Assembly (NCBI GenBank): GCA_963770545.1
Contig: CAVYQF010000036.1
Coordinates: forward strand, 38,253-102,252
DNA length: 64,000 nt
Reading direction: 5' to 3'
Source: an uncultured Actinomycetes bacterium
GTDB lineage: Bacteria > Actinomycetota > Actinomycetes > Streptosporangiales > Streptosporangiaceae
Part shown: positions 27,702-36,570 of the stretch, piece after piece
How the letters are laid out: each line of letters starts with the position of its first letter
How positions within the stretch are numbered: the stretch's first letter is position 1
Translations under genes and position numbers: made by a program
Notes under the pieces: model-generated
Database searches by the model: none
What the model was told of the DNA's origin: nothing
Seen by the model: the letters and a program-made list of their open reading frames with translations, nothing else

Positions 27702-29021
27702 TCAGGTGCTGAGCTGGATCTGACGCAGAAACTCGGCGTTGGAGGCGGTGTTGCGGGTCCGGTCCAGCAGCAGCTCGATGCCCTGCTGTGGGTCAAGCTC
27801 AGCGAGCACCCGGCGCAGCCTGGCCATCACGTCGTGCTCTTCCGGGGTCATGAGCAGATCGTCGCGGCGGGTGCTGGAGGGGGCCGCGTCGATCGCGGGG
27901 AAGATGCGCTTCTCGGCCAGATCGCGGCGCAGCCGCAGCTCCATGTTCCCGGTGCCCTTGAACTCCTCGAAGAACACGTCGTCCATCCGCGATCCGGTCT
28001 CGACCAGGGCCGTGCACAGCAGGGTCAGCGAGCCGCCGTCCTCAACGTTGCGGGCGGCGCCGAGGAACTTCCGTGGCGGGTACAGGGCGCCCACGGCCAC
28101 CCCACCGGCCAGGATGCGGCTGCTGGCGGGCGCGGCGAGGTTGTAGGCCCGGCCGAGGCGGGTGATGGAGTCGAGCAGCACGACCACGTCGCGGCCCTGC
28201 TCGACCAGCCGCTTGGCCCGCTCGATGGCGAGCTCGGCGACCTGGATGTGCTCCTCCGCGGACTGGTCGAAGGTGGAGTAGGCAACCTCCCCGTGTACCG
28301 ACCGGCGCAGGTCGGTGACTTCCTCCGGGCGCTCGCCGACCAGCACCACCATCAGGTGCACTTCGGGGTGGTTGGCGGCCACCGCCGCCGCGATGGCCTG
28401 CAGCACCATGGTCTTGCCGGCTTTCGGCGGCGACACAATGAGGCCGCGCTGGCCCTTGCCGACCGGGGTGACCAGGTCGATGATCCGGCCCGTCACCGAA
28501 CCGGGCGTGGAGTTGTTCTCCAGGCGGAGCCGCTCCTGCGGGTGCAGCGGGGTCAGTTTGGCGAATTCAGGCCGGTGCGGGGCCTGCTGGGGATCGCTGC
28601 CGTTGACGGCGGTGACCGTGACCAGCACTGGGTACTTGTCGAGCCGGTCCCGCTGGCCAGATGAGCGGTCCCGCTGGCCGGATGACTTGCTGGCCGATTT
28701 GGCGGGCTGCGGCGCCCGGGCGGTGCCCTCCACGGCGTCGCCCTTGCGCAGTCCGTACTGCTGGACCTGGGCCTGGGACAAGTACACGTCGTCCGGGCCG
28801 CGCTGGTAACCGGCCCGGCGCAGGAAGGCCCGGCCGTCGATGATGTCCAGCAGGCCTGATACGGGCTGCGCGGGGCTTTCCTGGACCGGGGCCGCTGAGG
28901 CCGGCCGGCTGGCGTTACGGGACTGGCCGGACGCCGAGGACTGCTGGCGCGATGGGCGCTGCTGGGGGGTCGTGCTCCGCGGCGGGGCCGCGGTGTGGGG
29001 AAGGGTGGTAGTTGTGGTCAT
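27702..29021 (-). CDS. rho: transcription termination factor Rho (atypical N-terminus)
   Basis: ATG at 29021. The C-terminal ~330 aa are canonical Rho (GQRGLIVSPPKAGKT Walker A, Q- and R-loop regions, LLCTALVETGSRMDDVFFEEFKGTGNMEL). The N-terminus is a Q/S/P-rich low-complexity region instead of the usual helical bundle. Confidence 0.9.
   Translation of the reverse strand: MTTTTTLPHTAAPPRSTTPQQRPSRQQSSASGQSRNASRPASAAPVQESPAQPVSGLLDIIDGRAFLRRAGYQRGPDDVYLSQAQVQQYGLRKGDAVEGTARAPQPAKSASKSSGQRDRSSGQRDRLDKYPVLVTVTAVNGSDPQQAPHRPEFAKLTPLHPQERLRLENNSTPGSVTGRIIDLVTPVGKGQRGLIVSPPKAGKTMVLQAIAAAVAANHPEVHLMVVLVGERPEEVTDLRRSVHGEVAYSTFDQSAEEHIQVAELAIERAKRLVEQGRDVVVLLDSITRLGRAYNLAAPASSRILAGGVAVGALYPPRKFLGAARNVEDGGSLTLLCTALVETGSRMDDVFFEEFKGTGNMELRLRRDLAEKRIFPAIDAAPSSTRRDDLLMTPEEHDVMARLRRVLAELDPQQGIELLLDRTRNTASNAEFLRQIQLST
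28645..28686. repeat. 21-bp tandem duplication inside rho
   Basis: cggtcccgctggccagatgag / cggtcccgctggccggatgac. Encodes SSGQRDR SSGQRDR inside the RNA-binding (CSD-like) region. Confidence 0.9.
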
Positions 29022-29359
29022 AAAGAGAATTCCTTTCGGAGGCGACCCGTAAATGGGTACGCCAAGATAAGCGCCGGGCGGCGCCGCGGTAATACGCACG
29101 TACATGACACCGGGGGCTATCCGGGGACCGGCGTTCACTGCGCTGGTACCGGAGCCGCTCTACGCCTGGACCTGGACTTAGTTCCTGGAAGACGGAGCCG
29201 GAGGGAAACCCTTTCGCGGGTCGTTGAGTGAGCCGGAACGGCTAGCCGAGAGACCTAGCCGGGCTTGTCATGCACGCTCACCGTATAGGCGGAATTGACA
29301 TCGCCTACTGCGACCATACAGCACAACGCCACCGGGTGGCCAGATAATCCCGGCCGGGA

Positions 29360-29983
29360 TCAGCGGGCGGGCAGGGGAGCGCTCTGGTACTCAGCGGCCG
29401 GACTGGTCTGCGCGAGTACGTGCCGGACCAGGGTGATCAGCACGTTCTTGACCGATTCCCGGTCGCGCGCGTCGCAGAGCACCACCGGCGCACCCGGATC
29501 GAGGTCCAGCGCGATCCGGACATCGTCCACGTCGTAGTGCGGGGCGTCGTCGAAGCAGTTGACCGCCACCACGAACGGAGTTTCGTGCCGCTCGAAGTAG
29601 TCGACCGAGGCGAAGCAGTCGGCCAGGCGCCGGGTGTCAGCCAGGATCACCGCACCGAGCGCACCGTAGGCCAGTTCGTCCCACATGAACCAGAACCGTT
29701 CCTGGCCGGGCGTGCCGAACAGGTACAGGGACAGGTCAGACCGGAACGTGATCCGCCCGAAGTCCATCGCCACGGTGGTCGTGGTCTTGCCGGCCACGCC
29801 ACTAATGTCGTCGACGCCCACGCTCCGGTCGCTGAGCGTCTCCTCGGTCCGCAGCGGCCGGATCTCGCTGACCGCGCTGACCAGGGTGGTCTTGCCCACG
29901 CCGAATCCCCCGGCGATGAGGATCTTGGCCGTGGTCGGTGGGACCGGCTCGTCGGCGCCGGCGTCAGAGTGCGTGTAGTCCAT
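29360..29983 (-). CDS. Ras-like ATP/GTP-binding protein, conservon CvnD-type
   Basis: 207 aa. G1 GGFGVGKTT, G3 FGTPGQERF, then VAVNCFD. Overlaps the upstream DUF742 gene by 20 nt. Confidence 0.85.
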   Translation of the reverse strand: MDYTHSDAGADEPVPPTTAKILIAGGFGVGKTTLVSAVSEIRPLRTEETLSDRSVGVDDISGVAGKTTTTVAMDFGRITFRSDLSLYLFGTPGQERFWFMWDELAYGALGAVILADTRRLADCFASVDYFERHETPFVVAVNCFDDAPHYDVDDVRIALDLDPGAPVVLCDARDRESVKNVLITLVRHVLAQTSPAAEYQSAPLPAR

Positions 29984-30344
29984 CGAGCACGTCCCTCAAT
30001 AGCCGCTCGTTGGTTACCGGCCCCCGGGGTGTCGCGAGGATCCGGATCATGCCGTGCTGGCTCAGGTCGCTGAGCAGCACCCGGACCACGCCGACCGGTA
30101 GATCGATGTCGGACGCCATATCGACGACCGTCATCGGGTCCCGGCACCCAGCCAGGATCCGTCGGTGCTCAGGGCTCAACCTGACCCCAGCGGGGGGCTG
30201 GACGCCCGCCGCCGCCACCACGACGTCGATCATCCCCAGCGATGATCCCGCCGGCCCGGTACGGCCCCTGGTCATAGCGTACGGCCGGACCACGGGTCCT
30301 GCGTCCCGGTCGAGCCACTGGTCCTTCGGGGGAATCATGCCCAT
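29964..30344 (-). CDS. DUF742-domain protein, conservon CvnC-type
   Basis: 126 aa from ATG 30344. VVRPYAMTRGRT ... MTVVDMASDIDLPVGVVRVLLSDL is the DUF742 signature. Confidence 0.75.
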   Translation of the reverse strand: MGMIPPKDQWLDRDAGPVVRPYAMTRGRTGPAGSSLGMIDVVVAAAGVQPPAGVRLSPEHRRILAGCRDPMTVVDMASDIDLPVGVVRVLLSDLSQHGMIRILATPRGPVTNERLLRDVLDGLHAL

Positions 30345-30486
30345 TCCAATCGGGCTCCTGGAGCGCGGGTCACGGAAGGACGGCCCGGCCACGCTGGCAT
30401 TATTGACAGCGCTCGGAGCGCGTCCATTATCTGCAGAGGAGTGCGTGGTGGCCATCTCGCAGCAGCGCCGCGGCCGGTCGATCGCC

Positions 30487-30948
30487 ATGACCCCGGCCGA
30501 GCTCGACGAATTCCTGGCCCAGGCGCACACCTGCCGGGTCGCGACCCTGGCCCCCGATGGCCCGCATGTCGTCCCGCTCTGGTTCGCCTGGACCGGCGGG
30601 GCCCTGTGGCTGAGCTCTCTAGTGCGCAGCCAGCGCTGGGCCGACCTCATCCGCGATCCGCGGGTCGCGGTCGTGGTGGACGCTGGCCAGGAGTACCAGG
30701 AACTACGTGGTGCCGAGATCAAGGGGACCGCCGAGCCGGTCGGTGAGGTGCCACGGCAGGGCACGGACGACGATCCTCAGCTGGCCGCCGCGGAGCTGCT
30801 GTTCGCGCGGAAATACCTGGGCGGCGACACGATGATGCACGACGGACGGCACGGATGGCTGCGCGTCACGCCGCGCAAGATCACCAGCTGGGACTTCCGC
30901 AAGCTGCCGCCCGAACGCACATCTGGCCCCCTGAGCCCGGTCACCTGA
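30487..30948 (+). CDS. pyridoxamine 5'-phosphate oxidase-family (F420/FMN-binding split-barrel) protein
   Basis: MTPAELDEFLAQAHTCRVATLAPDGPHVVPLWF is typical of PPOX-class proteins. The long upstream part of the track ORF was rejected. Confidence 0.8.
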   Translation: MTPAELDEFLAQAHTCRVATLAPDGPHVVPLWFAWTGGALWLSSLVRSQRWADLIRDPRVAVVVDAGQEYQELRGAEIKGTAEPVGEVPRQGTDDDPQLAAAELLFARKYLGGDTMMHDGRHGWLRVTPRKITSWDFRKLPPERTSGPLSPVT

Positions 30949-32074
30949 GCCGCGTGCCAGGCAGAGGTGCACGGGGTGGTGGCGTTTTCTGCGAGATCCA
31001 CGCGTCGATCCGGGCCCACCAGTCGTAGAGCCACCGCTCCTGAGCCTCATGATCGGCGGCCCGTGGAACCTCGTCGGCTGGCACCCGCCACCACCGGGCC
31101 TCGATGACGTGATCCATCGGCAGCGCCCGCCAGACGTCGGCCACGCTGGCCAGCTGGTCCAGCCCCGCGTGCCCGACGAAGATCACGTCAGCGCTGGGAC
31201 ACGCGGTGAGGGCGGCCAGGACGCCGCCGGTACGGGGTGGCAGCAGGTGCGGCATGCCGCGGGCGCGGGCCGCCAGGTCCGCCCGGCCCTGTCGTTCCAG
31301 CCGCCGGATGCCGCGCCGCCACCGCCCCGCGGTCCAGTTACCGCCTTCGGGGAAGATCACGAGTGCCCCGTCGGGACCGAGGCCCGCGGCCAGCCGCCTG
31401 ATCTGGTCGGTGTAGATCTTCTCGCCGGCCCGCTTGGGGGAGATGAACACGTTAGGCACCCGGTTGGCGACCACGTCCAGCCCCGGGTCCAGTTGCAGGG
31501 CGGCCTTCATGACGATCCGGGGCCGCCGGTGGTACACGCTGAGCAGGTGATGCACGAGCAGCAGTGAGTCCCCGGGCCCGGCGTGGCGGCTGAATACGAG
31601 GGCGGGCCGGGCCAGCCGGGCAGCCTGCTCACCGGCGGTCAGTTCTGGCTCGTGAACCTCGATCCGCAGTCCGAAAGTGCGCACCGCCGCACGGTACAGC
31701 CGCCCCAGATACCACTCCATGATCGCGTAGTGGCGGCTCTGGTACGGCTCGGTCCGTAGCCGGCCGCCGAATCCGCTGGTGATCCACAGGGCCAGGCACA
31801 TGAACAGGGCGGCCGTCTCCGCGACCAGCCAGATGAGCGCGAAGCTGAGCAGCCGCAGGGCCCGCAGGCGACCCAGCCAGGAGGCCCGGGGACGCCCCGG
31901 GGCCGGTGCTGACCCTGGCCCTGCTGGCCGTGGGTGGCCCGGCCGGGAGCCCCGGACCAGCCCGAGCAGCACGGCCAGCACGGCCAGTGGGAGGAACAGC
32001 ACGACCACGGCTGCGGCGATCACGATCAGCAGGGGCGCCAGCACGATCCGGCGGACCAGTCTGGGTGGGACCAT
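30941..32074 (-). CDS. membrane-anchored lysophospholipid (1-acyl-sn-glycerol-3-phosphate-type) acyltransferase
   Basis: ATG at 32074, two N-terminal TM helices, HxxxxD-like box FSRHAGPGDS and FPEGG box. Confidence 0.75.
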   Translation of the reverse strand: MVPPRLVRRIVLAPLLIVIAAAVVVLFLPLAVLAVLLGLVRGSRPGHPRPAGPGSAPAPGRPRASWLGRLRALRLLSFALIWLVAETAALFMCLALWITSGFGGRLRTEPYQSRHYAIMEWYLGRLYRAAVRTFGLRIEVHEPELTAGEQAARLARPALVFSRHAGPGDSLLLVHHLLSVYHRRPRIVMKAALQLDPGLDVVANRVPNVFISPKRAGEKIYTDQIRRLAAGLGPDGALVIFPEGGNWTAGRWRRGIRRLERQGRADLAARARGMPHLLPPRTGGVLAALTACPSADVIFVGHAGLDQLASVADVWRALPMDHVIEARWWRVPADEVPRAADHEAQERWLYDWWARIDAWISQKTPPPRAPLPGTRLR

Positions 32075-32102
32075 GCCGCTCCTCCGGTCCCCGGTGACCG
32101 GG

Positions 32103-32963
32103 TCAGCTCCCGGCCAGCCTGGCGAGATAGTTCGCGGAGGCCAGATAAGCCTGCTCGATCCGCATCCCGACTTTAGTCCTGTCGCGGTATCTGAGCTGGG
32201 AGAGATCGGGCGGGCGGGGATCGCCCCCGGACGGCAGCACATGCACCGCTACCGAACTGGGCAGCGCGGACATCTCCTCGTGGAACCGGTGCCGTCGGGC
32301 GATCTCGAACGCCACCAGGCCCACCTCCCAGGGGCGGCGCGGTACGGTCAGCGGGCGTTCGATCCGCCCGACGTGCAAGACGTAGATCGTGCTGGCACCC
32401 AGGCCAACGGCCCGGCCGACCGGGATGGAATCGACCAGCCCGCCGTCGAAGTAGTGCTCGCCGTCCACTTCTACCGGGGGCAGCAGCCCCGGCACCGCAC
32501 AGGAGGCCAGCACGGCGGGCACAATCGGCCCGCTGGTGAACCAGCGGGCGCTGGCGTGCTCGATGCTGGCCGCCACACAATGGAACGGCAGCTCCAGATC
32601 GGCGAAATCCTTCCCGGGCAGGACGCCGCTCAGCATGCGCTCCAGCGGCTCGATGGAATGCAGGTGGGTGCCGGAGCGGGCCAGCCGGGCCAGCCGTCCC
32701 CAGACGCTCTCGCTGAACGCATGCCTCAGCTCATCGCCCTGCCACAAGCCGGCCAGCCGCGCGGACGCCCCGGCCGGATCCGCCGCCAGCAGCGCGCCGT
32801 TGATCGCGCCGACCGACGTTCCCACCACCACATCGGGCTGGATGCCTGCCTCGGACAAGGCGCGGAGCATGCCTACCTCGTGCGCGCCGAGGATCCCGCC
32901 GCCGCCCAGAACAAATGCCGTGTGCACCCGCCCAGCCTCCCCCACGGGGCAGGGGGCAAACAC
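32103..32963 (-). CDS. patatin-like phospholipase
   Basis: Oxyanion GGGGILG, nucleophile elbow GTSVGA and catalytic DGG. Lies 28 nt upstream of the acyltransferase gene. Confidence 0.85.
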   Translation of the reverse strand: MFAPCPVGEAGRVHTAFVLGGGGILGAHEVGMLRALSEAGIQPDVVVGTSVGAINGALLAADPAGASARLAGLWQGDELRHAFSESVWGRLARLARSGTHLHSIEPLERMLSGVLPGKDFADLELPFHCVAASIEHASARWFTSGPIVPAVLASCAVPGLLPPVEVDGEHYFDGGLVDSIPVGRAVGLGASTIYVLHVGRIERPLTVPRRPWEVGLVAFEIARRHRFHEEMSALPSSVAVHVLPSGGDPRPPDLSQLRYRDRTKVGMRIEQAYLASANYLARLAGS

Positions 32964-33025
32964 TGGGGGTTTGCCGGGACGATTCCTGAGCAGGAGAGGT
33001 TAGCCCCCGCTTGTGAGGAGGAAGC

Positions 33026-33478
33026 ATGACATCGGCCGGACCGGGCCTGCGCGGTTCAGGCAGCACGACGCTAGCCACGCCACCGGGCTCCGGTGAGCAG
33101 GTATTCCCGGCGCGACCCGAGCAGGTCGGAGCGGCCCGCCGCTTCGTGGCCCGCCTGCTGGCCGGCACTCCCGTTGCGGACGACGCGGTGCTCTGCGTGT
33201 CCGAACTCGCAGGCAACTGCGTGAGCCACTCGGCGAGCGGCCGCCCGGGGGGTATCTTCACCGTCCGCGTGGAGCGGCACGACGGCGACTATGTCTGGCT
33301 GGAAGTGGCGGACGAGGGCGGCCCGTGGCGGCCGTCGGCTCCGGGCGGGCGGGTGCACGGCCTGGAGATCGTGCGCCGGCTGGCCAGTGAATCAGGCGTG
33401 GCCGGGAGCATGTTCGCCGGCTGGGAAGCCTGGGCCAGGCTGGACTGGCCCGGTCACGAGGCCGCGGGCCGACCTTAG
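33026..33478 (+). CDS. HATPase_c-type ATP-binding protein (anti-sigma kinase fold), paralogue of 60..566
   Basis: 150 aa. LCVSELAGNCVSHS ... VHGLEIVRRLA, the same architecture as the first gene in the window. Confidence 0.7.
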   Translation: MTSAGPGLRGSGSTTLATPPGSGEQVFPARPEQVGAARRFVARLLAGTPVADDAVLCVSELAGNCVSHSASGRPGGIFTVRVERHDGDYVWLEVADEGGPWRPSAPGGRVHGLEIVRRLASESGVAGSMFAGWEAWARLDWPGHEAAGRP

Positions 33479-34365
33479 AAGCTGTACCGCTGCTCCGCCT
33501 CGCGTACTGCCGGGAGCCCGATGAAGTCCAGGAAGTCCCCGAACGCCGGCAGGTCGGCCAGGACCCGGGCCGGGGTTCCGGACCGGGCGATCTCAGCGAG
33601 CACCTGGCGCATCGCGGAGGTCGCCGCGAGCAGCGTGCTGATCGGGAAGATGACGATCTGGTAGCCCAGCTCCCGCAGCCGGTCCAGGCTGATCGGCGGG
33701 GTCTTCCCGCCTTCGGCCCAGTTGAACAGCAGCGGCACGCCCGGGAAGGCCCGTGCGGCTTCGGCGGCTTCGTCCTGCGACGTCACGGCCTCGATGAACA
33801 GGGCGTCGGCGCCCGCCTCGCGATACAGCCGGGCCCGGTCCAGGGCCCGCTCCAGGCCCTCCACTGCCCGGGCGTCGGTCCGGGCGATGATCATGAAGTC
33901 GGGCCGGGTCCTGGCCTCCACCGCGGCCCGGATCTTCTGCGCCATCTCCGCGGCCGGGATGACCAGCTTTCCCTCCATGTGGCCACACTTCTTCGGGGCC
34001 ACCTGATCCTCGAGGTGGATCGCGGCGACGCCCGCCGCCTCGTAGGCGCCGACGGTCCGGATCACGTTCAGCGGGTTGCCGTATCCGGTGTCCGCGTCGG
34101 CGATCACCGGGATGTCCACGCAGCCTGCGATCCGGCGGGCGTTGTCCACCATCTCGGTCATGGTCAGCAGGCCGACATCCGGACGGCCCAGCAGGGCCGC
34201 CGAGGTGCCGAACCCGGTCATGTACACCGCCCGGAAGCCAGCCTCTTCCACCAGGCGCGCGGCCAGCGGGTCGAACGCGCCGGGGGCGACGATGGTCTCG
34301 CCGGATTCCAGCAGCGCCCGCAGGCGGGCCGGCCCTCCGGGTCGCGGGGTCAGCCGGGCCGTCAC
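33475..34365 (-). CDS. isocitrate lyase/PEP mutase-family enzyme (methylisocitrate lyase / oxaloacetate decarboxylase-like)
   Basis: 296 aa. GAFDPLAARL, DADTGYGN, HLEDQVAPKKCGH and IIARTDA motifs. Confidence 0.85.
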   Translation of the reverse strand: MTARLTPRPGGPARLRALLESGETIVAPGAFDPLAARLVEEAGFRAVYMTGFGTSAALLGRPDVGLLTMTEMVDNARRIAGCVDIPVIADADTGYGNPLNVIRTVGAYEAAGVAAIHLEDQVAPKKCGHMEGKLVIPAAEMAQKIRAAVEARTRPDFMIIARTDARAVEGLERALDRARLYREAGADALFIEAVTSQDEAAEAARAFPGVPLLFNWAEGGKTPPISLDRLRELGYQIVIFPISTLLAATSAMRQVLAEIARSGTPARVLADLPAFGDFLDFIGLPAVREAEQRYSF

Positions 34366-34431
34366 CGGACCGCCCGCGCCACCGGGACCGTCCTTCGCGG
34401 GCGGGCCTCCTGGGGGCGGGCTGAGGAGCCC

Positions 34432-34626
34432 TCAGCCACCGCTCTTGCGGCGGAACGCGCGCTTGCTCTGCGCCGGCCCATGGGCGCCGTGTACCTTGCC
34501 GCCGTCCCGCGCGGACTGCCGCGCGTTCAGGTCCGCTTGCTTGCTGCGCTTACGGTCCAGCGCCTCGCGGAACTTGCGCTTCGCGTCGTCCTCGGGACTC
34601 CCTGGTCCCGACGCGGCCTCAGCCAT
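34432..34626 (-). CDS. DUF5302-domain small basic protein
   Basis: 64 aa. KRKFREALDRK...HGAHGPA.SKRAFRRKSG is the conserved actinobacterial DUF5302 pattern. Confidence 0.7.
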   Translation of the reverse strand: MAEAASGPGSPEDDAKRKFREALDRKRSKQADLNARQSARDGGKVHGAHGPAQSKRAFRRKSGG

Positions 34627-34926
34627 GCCGACCTCCTGCCTCTGGCAGCCGGGTCACCCGCGGCCGCTCCTACGGTCCCGGCCGCATGCCGCGCAGCCCA
34701 TCCAGTGACACCTGCGCAGCGATGCCCGTCGCGGACGGCCGCCCAGCGACGGATATCCCCAGACTAGGGGCTCCGGAATCGCCCCGCGCCGCGATGATCC
34801 CGCCGCGATGATCCGGGCCACGGTAAAGCGCTGCCTGAGCTGGAACAGTGCTTCCGGACCGGCAGGGGGCTGGCCCCTGCCGGCAAACCAGTTGCGGACC
34901 CGGGTCTGTGGTGGTGGTCTGCGGGG

Positions 34927-35721
34927 GTGGATGACGCTGGACTGCGGGCTGCCTTTGACGAGCAGGTCCGCCGCCGTCCCCGTGATGACGGGCCAGGAAC
35001 CGGCGCCGAGGCGGACGGGCCGGTCGTCCGCCGGGTCGCGCCCGGCGGGTGCGGCTGGTCCGGAATCATCTGGTCAGACCTGGCCGGCCCGGCCGAGGCC
35101 GACGCGGCCATCGCCGCCCAGGTCCGCTATTTCGGCTCGCTCGGGCTGCCGTTCGAATGGAAGCTCTACGACTACGATCAGCCTTCTGACCTGGGTGGCC
35201 GGCTCACGGCGGCCGGGTTCGTGCCTGACGAGAACGAGGCGGTGATGGTCGCGGAGGTCTCGGACATGCCGGCCGACGTCACGCTCCCGGAGGGAGTGAC
35301 CCTCCGGGAGGTGAGAACCGAAGCCGAGGTGGGGCTGCTCATCGAGGTCCACGAACGGGTCTTCGGGGGGGACCAGTCCCGGCTGCACCAGGATCTGCTG
35401 GCCCAGTTGCGTGAGGCCCCGCAGAGCGGGGCCATGGTGCTGGCCATGGCCGGGGACGAGCCGGTCTGCTCGGCCCGGGTGGACTTCCCGCCCGGCTCGC
35501 AGTTCGCCGGGCTGTGGGGCGGCGGGACGCTGCCCGCGTGGCGCGGACGGGGCATCTACCGCGCCCTGATCGCCTACCGCGCCGGGCTGGCCGCCCGCCG
35601 GGGCTACCGCTACCTGAACGTGGACGCCTCCGCCGACAGCGAGCCGATCCTGCGGCGGCTGGGCTTCCGCTGCCTGGCCCGGACCACGCCCTACCAGTGG
35701 ACCCCGGCGGGAGCCGCATGA
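34927..35721 (+). CDS. GNAT-family N-acetyltransferase (two-domain)
   Basis: 264 aa. C-terminal acetyl-CoA motif [13 protein letters not shown]. Confidence 0.7.
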   Translation: MDDAGLRAAFDEQVRRRPRDDGPGTGAEADGPVVRRVAPGGCGWSGIIWSDLAGPAEADAAIAAQVRYFGSLGLPFEWKLYDYDQPSDLGGRLTAAGFVPDENEAVMVAEVSDMPADVTLPEGVTLREVRTEAEVGLLIEVHERVFGGDQSRLHQDLLAQLREAPQSGAMVLAMAGDEPVCSARVDFPPGSQFAGLWGGGTLPAWRGRGIYRALIAYRAGLAARRGYRYLNVDASADSEPILRRLGFRCLARTTPYQWTPAGAA

Positions 35722-36479
35722 CCACCACGGGCGTGGCCGTGGTCACCGGGGCCGGGTCCGGTCTGGGCCGGGAGATCGCCCGGACGCTGCTCGGGGCCGG
35801 GTGGCAGGTGGCCGCGGCCGGCCGCCGGGAGGAGGCGCTCCGCGAGGCCGTCTCCGGGCCAGGGCTGCCCGCGGGTGCCCGCGCCGCCTTGCCCGTGGTC
35901 ACTGATGTCACCGAACCGGATTCCGTTGCGGGCCTGTTCGAAACCGTGCGCGGCCGGTGGGGACGCGTCAACCTGCTGGTGAACAACGCGGGGATCTTCG
36001 GCCCGGGCGGCGCGGTGGATGAGATCTCGGTGCAGGACTGGCGGCAGGCGGTCGATACCAACCTCACCGGGGCGTTCCTCTGCGCGCAGCAGGCGGTGCG
36101 GATGATGAAGGAGCAGGATCCTCGCGGCGGCCGGATCATCAACAACGGGTCTATCTCCGCCCACGTGCCGCGGCCCAGGACCGTCGCGTACACGGCCACC
36201 AAGCACGCGATGACCGGGCTGACCAAGTCGATCTCGCTGGACGGCCGGGCGTTCGGCATCGCCTGCGGGCAGATCGACATCGGGAACGCCGCCACCGAGA
36301 TGACCGCGCGGATGAAACAGGGGGTGCTGCAGGCCGACGGATCGCTGGCCCCGGAACCTACATTCGGCGCCGGGCACGTCGCCGAGGCGGTCCTCTACAT
36401 GGCCGGGCTGCCCCTGGACGCGAACGTGCAGTTCCTCACGATCACCGCGACGACCATGCCGTTTATTGGCCGGGGCTGA
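35718..36479 (+). CDS. SDR-family oxidoreductase
   Basis: The ATG overlaps the upstream stop (ATGA). [12 protein letters not shown] and Y..TK catalytic motifs. Confidence 0.9.
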   Translation: MTTTGVAVVTGAGSGLGREIARTLLGAGWQVAAAGRREEALREAVSGPGLPAGARAALPVVTDVTEPDSVAGLFETVRGRWGRVNLLVNNAGIFGPGGAVDEISVQDWRQAVDTNLTGAFLCAQQAVRMMKEQDPRGGRIINNGSISAHVPRPRTVAYTATKHAMTGLTKSISLDGRAFGIACGQIDIGNAATEMTARMKQGVLQADGSLAPEPTFGAGHVAEAVLYMAGLPLDANVQFLTITATTMPFIGRG

Positions 36480-36487
36480 GCCCGGCT

Positions 36488-36570
36488 CCCAGTTCAGCAG
36501 TCCCAGTTCAGCAGGCCCAGTTCAGCAGGCCCAGTTCAGCAGGCTCAGCTCAGCAGGCCCAGCTCAGCGG
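36488..36570. repeat. 14-bp tandem repeat x6 filling a convergent intergenic region
   Basis: cccagttcagcagg x4, then ctcagctcagcagg and cccagctcagcgg. The last copy overlaps the aldo/keto reductase stop. Confidence 0.95.

Noticed and set aside
29022-29359. A riboswitch or known cis-regulatory RNA in the long rho leader, and likewise upstream of cysK and the MFS genes.
   Set aside because: I could not recognise any conserved riboswitch core motif by eye. Only a short GGCTAG/CTAGCC stem is visible. This needs a covariance-model search (Rfam/Infernal) to decide.
32103-32963. The patatin gene as a CBASS or other defence effector.
   Set aside because: No cyclase, sensor or ancillary defence genes are adjacent. 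Its partner is a lipid acyltransferase, pointing to lipid metabolism.
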